From Camelus dromedarius (Eukaryota), in the NCBI RefSeq assembly GCF_036321535.1, contig NC_087437.1:60018001-60082000 (forward strand): DNA of 64,000 nt. Reading direction: 5' to 3'. The notes under the pieces are model-generated. The model did no database searches and was not told where the DNA came from. It was given only the letters and a program-made list of their open reading frames with translations. Position 1 is the stretch's first letter, and each line of letters opens with the position of its first letter. Position numbers and translations under genes: made by a program. Shown here piece by piece: positions 40,630 through 56,003 of the stretch.

Positions 40630-43600
40630 GTCGTTCTGTCTTTGAAGGCCCTGAATGTCTGGGGAACCCTCCACTTTCCTCAGCGGAGTCAACCTGCCTC
40701 TATCAAAGCTGGAAGGTGGCTGCGCTTCTCCTTCCCAGCCCTCCTCACCCAGAGGGAGAGGGACTGTGAACTAGGCTGGCCAGTGAGAAGCAGTTACCCC
40801 AGACTTGGTTTCATGACATAGAAGAGGAGCCAAAAAACACTGTCTCCTTCATCCCCTTTACTTTACAGGTGAAGAAATGGAGATTCAGAGAGCGTAATCT
40901 GTGCACCTGTCAGACCTCATGGGGATTGAATGCCAGAGCTGAGGCTCAGCACAGTTTCCTGCTTTTCCTAAAAGCCCTGGCACCACATCCAGCTCTAACC
41001 ATGGCCATGGTTATCCAGCACCTGAACACATCAGGGCCTGGGCAGCAAGGACAAAGAGGGGCACAGGTGTCTACCACAATGGCAAAGGACTAATGTGACT
41101 AACCCTGACAAATCAAAAAGAAAAAGAAGGAAAAGACCAAGAATGGTCATATTAAAAGGTGGAAGAAATACAAATAGACAAAAATCACTCAATTCAGAAA
41201 TCAAACACATGCAAATGAGAAAGATATATCTTCTCCTCCCTTCTCAGATAGTAAAAGTGGAAAAGAACGCCTTAGAAAACAACCCATTAGCTTGGAAACT
41301 TCCTAAGAGCAGAGACTTCTGTTCTGCTCACCACTAGATCCCTATCACATGGCACAGAGCCTGGCAAAGGGTTGGGGCCACCTGATAGTTCATATCAGTG
41401 AGTGACTAGCACACCTGTGAGATACGGGCTTTCCTTACTGCAGAGCGAGGCGGGCACATCCAAGCCCTACAGCCGTCCCTCTGCCACACACAACACAGAA
41501 GAAAATACCCGTTCTTCAGAAGAAGTGTGAGTGTCTATGTCACACACTTCTGAAAGCTCTGTGCATGAGAAGATAAACTACGTCCAAAAAGGAAACAGGA
41601 AACATGTATAAGGAGGAAAAAGTAAATATTAGTGAGACTATGCAGAGGTTCTCACACTGCGGGAGCACGGAACTTTTCTGAAGGGCCACCTGGCAATATG
41701 TATCGAAGTGCTAAGTATGTGTATTTTTTGAATTTATCTTAAGGAAAGGATAGGAGATATATACTTGTGCACATTTGCTGCAATGTTGTTTCTAGACAAA
41801 AAGGGGATATATCTTACAGTTTTTCTAATAGACTGGTTAAATAATTTCAATGTATCTATATAGTAGAACACTATGTAATGCAAGTTATTCTTAGAAAAAA
41901 AGAGAGAAGGAAATAAATCCAATGTGAGTAATGATTACCTGTTTTGCTTTGTTCCTTCATGCTATATCTCCTTTCTTTGTAAACATATATATTACTTTAA
42001 TAATTGAAAATAAAAAGTGTTCAGACCTGTTATTCCAAGAAAAGTGGACCCTGAAGGGTTCAAATTTTACCTGTCTGCTTAATTTTAATCATTTATATCC
42101 TGCATCTCTCTTAAATTAAGAAAACATTAGACAATAAGGTAGTTAAAATGAAATTTTTTTTTTAAATGAAAACTGTGGGGAAGAGAATAAAAAGTTATGC
42201 TAAGAACCTAGGCTCTTTTTCTTTTTTTGACAAGATTAAAAATGAAATACACTGTATGTTGTTCTGATTAACTAAGGAAAGAACTCACACCAGTATGTTA
42301 GGAAAAACATTTTCCTGAGTTCCAATAGAAATTTATACAAGCTTAATTTCTGTTCCTATTACCTGTTAGCCAACTAATGAACGCTTCCACTGAACCCTCT
42401 CTTTACTGCTGAATTCACAGCTTTGAAAGTGCTTACACATGAGGATGCGGTATTATCACAAGGACATTTGGGTACTTCCTTTTAGTAGGCCTCAAAACAC
42501 ATAGCCTGTTTTCTTTACTTTCATTATTTAAAGAAATTTTGGTATTTCCAAATGTGAGAATGAAGGTTTAATCCAAATACTAGGGGACTTTAGTCTTGTT
42601 GCTATTGGTTTTAAATGTTTGCCCAGTACAATGGGGTATGCAGTGAAGCTTAGGTCTCCTTCCCATGGCTGTCGATGCCAGGAGCACTCAAGTCGTGGAC
42701 TTCACTGCTTCTTTCCTTATCTAACAAGGGCCAGCCACAACCTTCAGCAGGAACGTTTACTGTTTTTCCTCTGAATATCTGTCTTTTCCATTTAGGTGCC
42801 TCTTGGCGGAGGTGCTAGGGAAGTAGAAGGCAATAGAAATAAATTTGTCTTCTTCCTCCTCTTGTCCCTTCATGTGCTAAAGTTGGTATTGATAGATAAA
42901 ATCAAGCTACTGACTTCCATGGCTGAAATTTAAAACTTTTTTTTTCAATTTTTATTAACAGTAGGAATAGAGCCAAGTATGTTCCTTACTAGAAAAGTTG
43001 AGAAGTTACCTACCTCGTTCCTTAATCTCTCTCCTAAAAACTTGTTGTTATTTTTAAAAAGTTGGGGGGAGATGACAAATTTTACCTATTTATTAGTTCC
43101 TTTGAACACCCTGCCCTATGTCATGGTAGAGATCTACATTACAATTATGACCTCAAAAAGTCTTTTAAAAAGAGGTTTAACCAGAGGGAAGTATTCTTTT
43201 TTAAAACATTGTAATGTTGACATTATTAATAGCCTTTTGCCCCAAAACAAATGCTTGCCCAAATGCTGTAAATCCAAAACTACACGTTCAAGCCATGTGT
43301 GTGCTCTGGGAATTCAAGAGGAAGGATGATGTTTCAAGTTAGTAAAACATCAAGAACAAAGAATAAACTGTTAGGGAAGTGGCAGAGTCCAGGAGTAGAT
43401 GGGATTAACTACCCCCATCCCGACGCTGGGGCCTCAGTGCCTCAAGTGTAATGCTGTTCAATGTACTGTGATTTCTACATAATTGGTCACAGCATAGCTA
43501 AATTCAAAGAACAGAAAATGTCTAACTCCCCTGGTCCCAGCCACCATGCCTCTAGTTCCTCACAGCTCTGACTCTGGGTTTCTTCTCTCTCTCAGAGAAT

Positions 43601-44689
43601 TAAATTGGTTAGAGCAAAACTAATAGTCAGGCTAGTGTCAGTGGCATGCCACACCTGACAAAAGGGGTGTGGATCCCCACTGGCATTGGTTAAGTTTCTC
43701 CATACATATAATTACCCAGAGTCAACCCTCCCCTCCACCCATGGAACAGCTGACCTGCCAGGCAACTTCTGGTAAAGAAGTTCCCGAGAGATGATCATCG
43801 GGAATGCAGAGACCCCCCCCCCCATCAATCTTCTGATGGACATACCAGCCCTCACTGTTCCCTTCAGCTGATTCCATAATTTACAGCTGAAAGGGGCCAT
43901 GGTAGGCAAGGGCACTGCCACAAAGCTGCTGGCAGCTTGTCCACGTGACTCTTGAAGGCAGCCGAGGTGGGTGGCACTATGGAGATAAGCAATTCACACA
44001 TCCCCATCCTTCCTCCCACTCCCTAACTTGGAAACACAAGGTACTTTGGGATCTGAAATCAGCCTCCCGCAGCTGCTCTGCTATGGCTTGTGCTTTGCCA
44101 ACTGCTTCCTCATGGCTGTCCCTCAAGGAGTGCTTGGGTTTTGCCTTTTAACTCACTAGAGGTCACAGCAAAACATTTGGCCATACAACCAAACAGGGAG
44201 GACCTCCTACATCGAAAGCCATGATCTTACAGAGCCATAAGAACCTTGAAGATCCTGGAAAGGACTCACCCAGGGCGACATAGCTAGCTTACAGGACAAG
44301 AATTAGAACAGATCCCCTGAAGCTCTGTTTCTCAAACTTGTGAAACCAGGATCCACGGTCAGAAATACATTTTACCTCGTGACCAAGGAGTGTGAGTGTA
44401 ATATAGCATGTGTGATTGATACAGAAATGGCATGACATAGTATTACCCTTTCCAAATGCTATGCTATTTTCTTTTCCACTATTATTTTTTAAAGCTGTTT
44501 TGAGCCACTAAATTGGTCTATGACCCACTAATGAGTCACAATCTGCAGTTTGAAGAGCCCCATACACATAAGCAAAAACTCTTTGTGCTATTTCATTTTG
44601 AATCATTTAACTCATTTTGAACTAGGTACATAGTAAAAATCTCTGAAAATAAGATAGGAGTCCCTCCACATCAGTGGGTTCTGTGTCTG

Positions 44690-44970
44690 CGGGAGGCCCT
44701 CTTCTTCCATCTTTAAAGCCAGTAATGTACATTTCTGTGATGGTTCTTCCGTAGGCATAGCTCCCTCCAGCCACAGTCAGGAAAGGTTATCCACTTTTAA
44801 GGGTTCATGTGATTTGGTTGGGACCACTTGAATAATCCAGAATAACCTCTGCATCTCAAGGTCCTTAATCACATCTACAAAGTCCCTTGGTCATATAAGG
44901 TAGTATATTCATAGGTCCCAGGGATTAAAATATGGCTATCTTTGGAGGGGGCATTATTCTGCCTATAACT
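44690..44970 (-). mobile_element. MaLR LTR fragment (MLT1D-like)
   Basis: CATCTTTAAAGCCAG...AATAATCCAGAATAACCTC...TCACATCTACAAAGTCCC...GGGGCATTATTCTGCCTA. Confidence 0.7.
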
Positions 44971-44975
44971 AACAA

Positions 44976-45245
44976 CATGATCTGACTTTGGTTTCACCAG
45001 AATCAACCTGGATGCTCTGTGGGGAATAAACTGTAGGGGACAAGGGTGGAGGCATTGAGACCAAGCAGGAAGTCACTAGAGTAATCCAGGTGAGAGGTGA
45101 TCAAGGCCTGGGGCAGCGTGCCAGCAGTATAGGTGGTGAGATGTGGTCAAATTCCAGGTGTTTTGTGAAGATAGAGTTGATGTGATTTGCTGATGGATTA
45201 GATGTGTGGTCTGAGAGGAGAGGAGTCAAGGATAACTCCAAGGTT
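44976..45245. mobile_element. L2 fragment (one of many L2/MIR remnants between ACAP2 and PPP1R2)
   Basis: CATGATCTGACTT...GTAATCCAGGTGAGAGGTGAT...GATTTGCTGATGGATTAGATGTG...GAGGAGTCAAGGATAACTCCAAGG. Confidence 0.75.
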
Positions 45246-48200
45246 GACACCCTTGAACCCACTTGCTTAGAGTACTTGACAAATGTTGTGTTTATTTGTT
45301 TAACTACCTTCCCTATTAGACTGAAAGTTCCAGAGGAGAAGGGCTCAAATCTGGATCGTTCATTGTTGTATTCTCACATCAGTGTATGCACAGACACAGC
45401 AATACAGCTCATAACTGCTATTTATTGAGTCTTCTATGTGTCAGGCACTTCACATAATCTCATTTAATCATCAGAACATCCTATGAGGTAGGCACTATTA
45501 TTATCTTCATTTACTAAATGAAGAAACTGAAGCCCAGAGAGATTAAACCACTTAGTAAGTACAAGAGTGGAATTCAAATCCATATTGAATAAATGAAATA
45601 AGTCATTCAAGTTAAGCAAACATTTGGGTTTAGCTAAATATTTTAACTGTATGGATTGGGAGATGGAGAAAAGGACACAGATTTACAAATATTTCGAAGT
45701 TTTAGCTGTAGAAAACTCATATCAAGAAACAACAAAAGTTAATGTCTCTAAAATAAGAATTCTCAAACTACGGTCCATCTAGCTGTGGTTTGGTTACTGT
45801 GATGAGTTATGCAGACAGTAATTTCAGAAATGTTTTGTAACCAATCTAGAGGCAGAGAAGAGAAAAACAGATGACCTCAGGCAGACCAGGGCGCATGGTG
45901 AAAAATGCCCAGACTTGAGAGTGAGGAGAGAAGGATTTTAGTCTCACTTTAGTCTCATCCACTCATTAGCCAATACATGGGAGGTATTTACTTCATCTTT
46001 CTGAGACGATCTCAACTATTAAAAGGATATAATATTTTCTGTCTTATCTACTTCATAGGCTCTTGGGAGAAACTAAATTTATCCATTCAATAACAGAGCA
46101 ACTACTTCATGTGCCTGGCACTGCTCTGGACACCAAGAACACATCATGAACAAAACAGACAAGATCCTTGCATTCATAGGGTTTGCATGCTAGTGGAAAG
46201 GAGGATTGACAAAACCAAGAACAAATAAGTAATCTCGAGAGTGATAAATGCTATGAAGAAAAATAAAATAGGACAGAGGTTATAGAGGGATCAGGGAGGA
46301 GATAACATCAGACAAGACTTGAATAAAAAGAAAGAAATCTAGACAGTAATCTGAGGAAAGGGCAGTCCAGGCAGAGGGAACAGAATTCGCTAAGTTCCTG
46401 AGGTCAGAATGAACTTGAGGTTCACATCTGAGGAATAGCCAGGAGTGAGCAAGGGGTGGCAGGCAGGGACCAGGTCACCAGGTCATGCATAGCTTTGTAG
46501 GCTTTGGCAGAGAGCTGCAATTTTACTATGCATGTGGAATGGAGATAATGAAAGCAAAAATAAGCAAAGAGCAACACAAATAGTAGACAAAAGAGATGTA
46601 GCATGGACGTAAGCAGCAATAAACTACACCTGTTAGGAAGGGCATGGGCTCTACAGGCCTAGGTTGGAATCTTGGGTGCACCACGGACTGTGTATGGTCC
46701 TGGACAGGTTACTTAATTTCTCAGTGTCTCAATTTCCTCATTTAAAAATAGTAGTAGCAATAGTACCTACCATACTTTGAAGATTGAATGAAATATTACA
46801 TATAGAACCCTAAGTATAATTCTTAGAACTAAGTGCTCAATAAATGTTAGACATTATTACTATCAGTTATGAAGTTGTACAACCAATTGAGTTCATTAAG
46901 GTAGATTTCACTAATTCAGAATCTGTAATTTATTTTTTAAACAGAAAGTTTATACAGAAAAACATCTTTAAACAGAAAAACTAAGTGTATATATTTTTTT
47001 CTATAGATAGCGCTGCAGAGGTTAGACAATAAAGGAAATTAGCCACCCCCAATGTTCTGAATGTGCCTAAATATTGAATAAGTACACTGAAGGCTTTATC
47101 TGCCTCTTATTCCTCACTCTGGGGGGCCAGCCCTCCCAGTGATTCTTCTTAATCCATGAAGTCCTGGTGAGGAGTGAAGATGAGATCCTGGTTTGACTGG
47201 AGTTCTCCATCTGCACTTTGCCATCTCCATTCCAGCCCCCTCTCCAACGTACACACCCAGTGATTGTTCTAAGAAGGAGCAGCACAAGAGCCAGACTGGG
47301 CCAAATCAGAGTCCTCCTTGGGACTTTTGCCAAACTGTAGGGGAAGGATACTCTCTCTCTGGCATCTCAGCCCTCTAAGAATGATGTGAACTAGGTACCA
47401 GCAGCCAGCTCTACCACCAGGTGGAGAGAATGAGGTCAACACAGACAGAAGCAGAGTCAAAAGGTAGAGGCAGAACCCTGCCAAGAATTCAGCCACAACT
47501 AAAGTCAGATCTACTTATCTCTGGACTTTACAGTTATGTGAACCATACATTCTTATTTTGCTTAAGAATTTGGTTCTGTCACTTTTACCAAAGACTCTCA
47601 ATATACATACCTTCTATGAAAGGCATTCTCTGATTTTCTAAGATATCTGTAATCCTCAGTATCTATACAACATTCTTTATATGATGCTTCAAGAACCTGA
47701 TGAATTAAAAAAAAATCAATACAGTTGTTATACAGTGGATAAAGATGAAAGTTAGAAATCAATTGTCAGGTTAGCTGATAAACCAAGGCACAGACTTTGT
47801 CAATATTGTTGGTCACTATGTTCAGATCTACAGAGGACCTCATGCTAGATATTGGAGGCACCTTAGGAATGACCTATGTCATATCAAGGTTTGTTACTTT
47901 TGTTACTTTTCAGGCTAAGTAGTTTCAATTTCAGTAAAACCTAATACATGTACTAGTATCACAGTGGTGCTATTTTTGCCATTTTTGTGTAATAAAAAGG
48001 TATCATCTGTTTTCAACAGTGTAATGGGATTCCATAGCTACAAATTCACTCTATTTCGTATTTTAATAACTTCTCCCTTACTTTCACGATATTTAGCAAA
48101 ACCTTATTTTTGTTGTTTGGATGTAAGAAGGAAATTGGAGTAAGGTATAACTGAAGCAAACCAGATTAAGAACAAAGATATTCTAAAACCCAGCTGCCAA

Positions 48201-50258
48201 CCAGCTACTCAATCACCCACCCTACTTAATTTGTTCTCTTGGAATTGAATAGCAGCCAAAACCGAATTCTCTTCAAAACTGGTTTAAGGTACATGTGGAT
48301 AACAAAATGCTGTTAAACAAGTCTTCTCATATCAGCAAATAACTTGAAAGGAAGGAAGCAGGTGAAAAATCCCTGGGAATTTATGAAAACTTGGCAGAAA
48401 TGTTTATAATTTGGGTTATGCAGGAAAACATCCTGGTAATAAATAAGCACACTGAAGAAGTCCTTGTGTAAAGCACAGCATCTTTCACCACCATTTGAAA
48501 AGTATGTAAAAATGTTTTTGTTTTTATTTTTAACCTTTCTAAATTCAGGCACCCAGTGCCTTCAAGAAGCTATTTTTGGTGATGGTACAGTATTCTGACA
48601 CCTTCTCCCTGGGTAAAATTGACACATCTGCTGAAATTAACATTTTAATCTCCATGGACCCACGTGTCGCTGAGAAATATAAAATATCATTATGTTTTTC
48701 TGCTAACCAGCATTTGGAGCAGACAGCTGTTCAAGCCAAATCTATTCCAGTCCTCTGAGGGAGGGACCGTGTTATCACTAATCCTTATCTCCTTTGAATA
48801 TTGTAAGGCCTTGCATAGGGTGAATAAACTCAGCTCAAACTGAGCTGAATAGATGTGTCTGTGGTAGTCCACATCCCATCTGTTGGGACCTACATACAGA
48901 TAATACCTTGGTAATCCAGCAAGTTTGCTTGGTACCCAGATCTAGAGTGGAAGGAAGAACAGTGCAGCTATAATTTTTTTTTTTTTTTGGACATCCAATG
49001 GAGAAACAGGTCAAAGGCACTGGAATCTATGCAAACCTTCCTTTTGCTCCCTCCATCCATATCCTCTTGTAAACTGATCAAGGGCTCCATCATTACAGAT
49101 TGGAATGATATACTAATGCTTCACTAGTCAATATACCTCAAGACTCAAGAATAATTAAACATTGGTCATGCAACTTTTGATGTGTTAGAAAATATAAGAA
49201 AGATGTGATTAGTCCAGGGGAAGAGAAGACAAAAACAAATAATTATAACACAAAGCAGAATGTGATAAGGGAGAAATAAACAATGTAATAGGGATTCAAA
49301 GGAAAAATCATTTATGAAAAAGCCTAATCAAAGAGGTGAATCTTGACCTAAAAGACAGAAAAGGTCAGATGACAGAGGGTTGATGTCAGTTCAAAGAAAA
49401 AGGTGAGAAAGCAAAAGCTATATTATAAAAAAAAAAAGAGCAGTCCAGCTTCACCCAAACCTAAGGGACACACAGAGGGTGGAAAGAAATATGGTTGGAA
49501 GGATGGACCAGGGCCAGAGCATAAAGGACCTAAGGACAAACTGAGATTTGATCTTTTCCTGCAGGCTGTAGGAAGCCACGCCTTTCTGAACCAGGAATAT
49601 TTCAACATATGATTACATTTGTCTTAAGGAAATTAACATCCAGAAATAGGGTGGATGTAGATTAGCAAGGGTGACAAAGGAAGGATCGAAGGAGTGAGAC
49701 TAGTCGGAGGGTGGACAATAAAGGAATAGAGTGAGAATAGGTACAGACAAGTTAGAAAAGGACAGATTCAAGTGATATTTTGAAGGTAATATTGACAGAA
49801 CTTAGTAATTTATAAGATGTAAGGTTGAGGGCAAGAAGGGCATCAAAGACGGCTTTGCATAGCATGGGTGACAAGAAGATATTGCTCCAGAATTATGACA
49901 TTGTTTAGTAGGGAAATTTTATGAGTTTAGTTTTGTGCACATTGTGATTAAACAAAAGAATATAAACTTAAAATCTGCTTTTTCTCAGGTACCCTTTTGA
50001 AAAATTTTGCTTTGACTGCTGAGTTCCAAAATTAGCTTCGAGCTGTCTAGCTCTGTGCTCAAGTGTTTTGTTTTGGGGCTTTGGAATATCCCCTTTCTCT
50101 AAGACCCACTGTTTTTATTGTCCAAAATTTCATTTAACTAAAGATAGGGGATGGTAATTTTAAATGTTTTTCTCAGTAGCCTTATTTTTTTACCATCAGT
50201 AGATATTTTAATTATAACTAAATTTTGGATACAATAACTTTTGTTAATAAGATGTGTT

Positions 50259-50376
50259 GGGGGAGGGTATAGCTCAGTGGTAGAGCGTGTGCTTTAGCAT
50301 GCATGAGGTCCTAGGTTCAATCCCCTAGTACCTCAAATAAATAAAGGGAGAAAACCATTGGGGTTACCTAAAAAAA
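50259..50376 (+). mobile_element. tRNA-derived SINE, Vic-1-like (camelid)
   Basis: GGGGAGGGTATAGCTCAGTGGTAGAGCG...GAGGTCCTAGGTTCAATCCC head with Pol III A/B boxes, an AAATAAATAAA tail and an AA(G/A)ATGTGT flanking repeat. Confidence 0.85.
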
Positions 50377-53300
50377 TGTGTGAACAAAGAAGCATAAAGT
50401 TTGGGGTTCTAACTTTACACCAAAGCCTCTGACTCTGAAAAAGATTTCTTAGTTATGCCATCTGTTTAGAGACTAATTAATGGCTTAAAAATAGATGATC
50501 TTTTGAAGGCAAATGACATGAAAATAGTGGAAAATATTAATATAGATCTCATAAACCTACACTGTAGAAAATAATGATGTGTTTTAGGCATTAAAAGAGC
50601 AGGCTGAGACGATGCCACAATGAGATGCTGAATGAACATTATGTGTACATTATGATATGGACAGATAGAGGTAACTACTTCAAAGAACAGAAAGTAGGGT
50701 TATTTATTATGTATTTTCTTAGGTCTCTTTTCAAACTTATTGCTGCTGATTAATTTTTAAACTTTATCTAGTAATATGGGCATTCTTCACTTATATACAA
50801 AAGACGCAACTTCTCTTATCTCCTAAATCTATACTAAACATTTTCTAAAATATAATTGTCAACATACAAATCTCTGCTCTACTTTGTCTATTGTTCTATC
50901 TCTATCGTCCCTTTCACTAAACGTCTTGAACAAGCTGCCTATACATGCAATATCCTTTCCATACCTCCCACTCATTTCTCAGACCCCTGCAATGTGGCTT
51001 CCATCTTCACAAGGCCAATGAAGTCACTTCACACCAAGATCACCATAATCTAGGTGACCCTAAATCTAATGAAGACTTTGTCATGTTAGCCCTCTTGTTT
51101 TAGGGATTAAATGGGTTAATTCATGTAATATACTTAGTAGAGAGTGTCTGAAATAGTGAAGATATGTTCCAAACTTCTATCTTTTTTTGGTCTATCAACA
51201 CCTTCTGACTATATTTAAATCCAGCAAATATGTCTTTTCATCATTTAAAATAATTGAAAAGTCATCACATTTTTACTCACTTGCATTTATATAACTAATC
51301 CAGAAAAATACCTAAAAGAAGAATAAGGTAAAGTATGCCCCCCATCTTAATTTTTCAGAAGACTCTCATCAACATATGTAATATAATTTTCTAGAATCTG
51401 GGCAGAAGAGAAAGCTAAGTATTCAAAGTCTGGTTCTCAAATTTCATAACTTTTAAATTTCATTTTCTGGTTGAACCACAGAACCCAACAACTAATACCT
51501 TTCCCAAGGTGTTAAAGACTTTCCTAAGACAGGTAGGACTGGGAGAAGTTCAAGGAGTATTACATTACAGTAACAATCCATTCACTCCCATGTGAGCTTT
51601 TTGGCAACTACAGACAGAAACAAAGACAGGAAGATGGAAATGAAACAAGCCTCTTGGCATCAAGAAAAAGTCCCAAAGGCCACATCCAGAAGCTGGAAAC
51701 TACCTTCAGAAAAGACCAGCATGTTAAGGCTTTGGAAAACCCCCCTCAATGAGCTCTTGAGGGCAATACTGTATTTCAGACAGTACATTATTCAACGTTG
51801 ATAGAATGAACTATCTAGTTCATTCTAGGAGTCAGTAAGTAAAGATTATCTCTGGGTTCCTTGGGTTGTGAATATTGGAAAATGCACCATTCTTTAGCAA
51901 GATTAACTTCCAAAATGCTTATAGGTACAAACTTCTAGCTATAAAGCAAGTAAGTAATGGGGATATTTTATATATATATATCTATGGAATATTGACTATG
52001 GAATATAGTCAATAATATTACAACTTTGTATGGTGATAGATGGTAACTGGTCCTATTGCAGTGATTATTTCATAATGTATAGAAATACTGAACCACTATG
52101 CTGTTCTCCTGAAACTAATATTGTATGTTAATTATAACTAAAAGAGTTCGGGTATTCAGTTTTGAGAAATTTTACTTTGGTGGAAGAACTCATTTTCAGA
52201 TGATCCTGAATAATTAGTTAATTCTTAACTCCCTCCACTCTGAAAATCTACAGCCAAAGCCAAGACAGGGCCACAGATGGTCAATCCAAGGAGAGATTTA
52301 TTGTGAAAATAGAAAGCCAGAGAAGCTAGATTCTAGTCTCTCCTCTGCCAAAAACCAGCCAGGTAATCTTGACTTCTCTTTGCCTCAGTTGACTTCTCTG
52401 AAAAACAAGGACATTACCTGATTTCTAAAATCCTTTCCAGTTTTAATATTCAAACCTTAAATATATGAAGATGCTAAAGAGTAATGAGAAGGAAAGGTAA
52501 ATCACAATATAAACAATTACTTTTTATGTATTCAACAAATGTTTATTGAGGCTTCTATACAGATGACCCATACCAAGCTCTGACAATACTGGATTAAAAG
52601 AGTAAAAGAGATCCTGCCTTGAGCTTTCTATTTAGTGAGAAGTCAGGCAACAACCAAGCGAACCAACCAGACAAGGAAATAAGAGTCTGAGAATAATAGG
52701 AAAGACATCTTTTTCAGATAGGATGGGCAAGGAATGGCACCTCTAGAGAAGTTATGTCTGAACCTGAATTATTAGAAGAAAAGCTATGTGAAAAATTAGT
52801 GAAGAATATTTCAGGCAGAGTTACTTGTTAGTGCCTAAGCCCTAAAAAAAAGAGGAAAAACTTAGTGAACAGGAGAAACTGAAAAGAAAAAAAAAGAAAG
52901 AAAGAAAGTCTGACTGTAATAATTAAGCAGGAGAGAGGCACAAGATGTGGAGAGGTAGCCGGGGGTTAGTGCACACCACCTTGTTAAGCCATTCCAAGAA
53001 ATCTGGACTCATTCTTAAGGATGGTAGTGAAATCACTGAAGAGCTGAGTAGGGCAACACTTGCTGTTCTAGAGAACGGATTGAGAAGAGACAGAGTGGAA
53101 GTGGGGAAATCACTTAGGAAGTTGTGATAGGAGTACTGGCAAAGTATGATGATAGTTTGACTATGACACTTTAGTAGGGATTGGAGAAGGGGAGTTAAGA
53201 TATGTATCATCAAAGTCAAGTCAAAAAGGTTTACTAATGGATTGTTTTTGTATATTTGAGAGAATGAAAAAAATCAAAGCTGAGAAATAATATGGTGCTA

Positions 53301-56003
53301 AGTTATTGATTTTAGGAAAATGTTTTGGGTGGGGGGAGCAATTAAGAATAATTGGAGGAAAAATAAGAGCTCAGTTTTGAGTGTGGTGTTTGATATATGA
53401 GACATCTTATGTAAGCAACAGACATCCTGAACCTTCTGTTCTAACTCTTATATCTTAATTTTGGTCACAGTAATTGCATTTTTTTCCCTAAGAACCATCT
53501 TTTATTTACCCTTTTATGCACACTGCCCAGCAAATTACTCGTCACTCGGTGCTTAATAAATATTCAATAATCTTCTCAAAAATAAACATCTTTCCCCCTC
53601 AACTTTACATTTATCAGTGTATCCTCATCCAGACTGTAAAATTTCAGATGACTGTAGTCTAGGTCTACAAAACAGTGCTTGAAGCTTAGAATAATACAGA
53701 ATATTATTCTGGGTCCAATTTACTTTGCAATCTGGCCAATTTCCCACCCTCCTCTTTCCCCCAAGGATGCTTTTAAAATTCTTAGATTGAATTCTATACT
53801 TTGTGATTTACCATAAAAAATTCAAACTTGGGGAACAATTTGCTTTTCAACATTAGCACTGGACCAGAGCATATTTCCTGATAGTTTTAAACTAGAGTAG
53901 GACTCCCATTATTATGGTCTTGACCCAGACCCTCCCACCTCACTCCCTTTCCCCCAATAAACCAATGTAGGGATTACTAAAAAGGCAGCAGAAGCTTAAT
54001 TGGCAACACTCCACAAATTTGTTTCAACTTCCGAAATCCAACATTTTGGGTTACGTTAAAAACATTTCTGATTTCTGTGAAATCTATCTTGCTTAGTGAC
54101 TAAAGAGATCTTACCTTGGTTTTTAGAAAAACTGCATAAAAATCTGCTAAATAACTAAGTCTTCCTGATTATAATTAGCCGACTTCCCTATCAGAAAGAA
54201 CCCTTGAGAATGGCTAGAAACTTCAGCTGTATATAGCTTACCCCTTCCTTGTTCCCTCAAGCATGCTCCCTGTTCTGTATGTACATGTAACTTATAAAAT
54301 ATTTAAAGGCATGGCAAGAGTCTTATGTCCATATTTCCCAATTAGCTTGGCATGATACCCTACAATAAAGTGCTTATTTTTCACATGGGCATCTTTTATA
54401 AAGGAAGATGAAAATACAGTCTTTTAATTGCTTATGTAAGATATTTCAGATACCAGGGAGTGTAACTGAACAAGAATGTAACTAAACTTATTCTTCCTAT
54501 GCTTGTTAGAGCTGTTACTAGTTAACACTTTTTCAGGTTGAATCATTTTATTAGATCAAGGCATACTATGAAGCTGCTTATAATCCTTTTGCCTAAAAAC
54601 TGAGGTCAAATAATACTGATCATCCTAAACAGTCCTCTATTTCTAATCAACGCACTCTCATGAATCTGGAAGAATTAAACACAAAACAAAAATTTATAGT
54701 TTTTTTCCAATTCCAATAATTCCCATTGGTAATGAACTGAAATGCTAAACACTCATTTGGCAGGCTTACCAAAAAAGAAAAAAAAAATTCAGGTTGGGCA
54801 GTGAGATAAAATCATGACTAAACACTTGCCAAATCCACCCTCACTTACCTACTCTCAGCATTACCTCCCCCAAATAATTCCTCAAATAAAAACCTAGATG
54901 AGTCAATCCCAAATTTAAAGTGTAAGAGCCAAAAAGATCCCCAACATCCCCCCACCCAAATACTGAGGCAGCTAACCAAGGCTTGGGGGTGTGAGCCACA
55001 GACCAGAGACACTTGCTATCTGCTCTTTTATTTTCCCAGTGAGTAGCAGATGCGCTCTTGTCAACCAGTTATGTGAGCTAATGGGGAAGATAAGGCATTT
55101 CGGAAATTTGCTTAGAATAGCAAATCTTTGAGCCAACAGTCGTATCAATACTAAACCACAGCAGCGTGTAACCAATCACATCAACCACACCCTCATCTAT
55201 CCTGGATATATATTGTACAGTAAGAATAAGTTACCAAAAATTAAAGTCTTATGTTTGGCAAATTATATACAATCCATAATGTGCAGTTTGCTATTGTGTC
55301 TTCCCTCTTTCAATGGTAAATTGTTCTCTTCCTCTTTCAGGAAGAAGTTCAACTTTCATTGATCAAAGACCCAAGCCTATTCCCCTACTCCTATTTGGGA
55401 TGCAACTTGAAGAAAAGCGGGGGTGGGAATGGTTGTGAAATGTTTGAAAAATGCTAGGTTAAACCAAATTGTAAACAAGTTCTTTACACAGAATGTCTCA
55501 GACTCTTTAATACGACGATGGGCATTATTATAAATCTCCAAGGGTCAGGGGAATAAAGCATATAGCATGTGCAAAACTTATTTGCTCATGAAATCCATGG
55601 AACATGTTGTGGGATTGACGGTTTCATGGAACACACTGTTTCCTACTGGTTTAGATATACGTTAGTTTTTATAGGCTAGCTTGGTACTTACTTTATAACA
55701 TAGATTTTATGAAAAATGCGTTTTGAGTTGGAAACACCCTGCTTTAGAAACAAACTTGTGGAACGCAACCAAATCACATATATTCAGACATCACCAGCCA
55801 CTGTATAATTGTGCTTTTGCAATTTTTCCTAAATGGTATATAAACCTCAAACAAAATTTCCAATTTTTTTTCAGAGTAAAATAAAACCTCAAACACCTGA
55901 AAAATGTTACTCCTAAAGCACACAAAGTTTACCAATAATCCAAATAAAGTTTGCTTGTAAGGTGCAATTTTGAAAATGAAGGAATTTCTACATCTAAAAA
56001 GCA

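Noticed and set aside
50259..50335. tRNA-Ala-like sequence
   Set aside because: It has an A-rich tail, a flanking direct repeat and a second diverged copy in the window, which makes it a SINE head rather than a tRNA gene.
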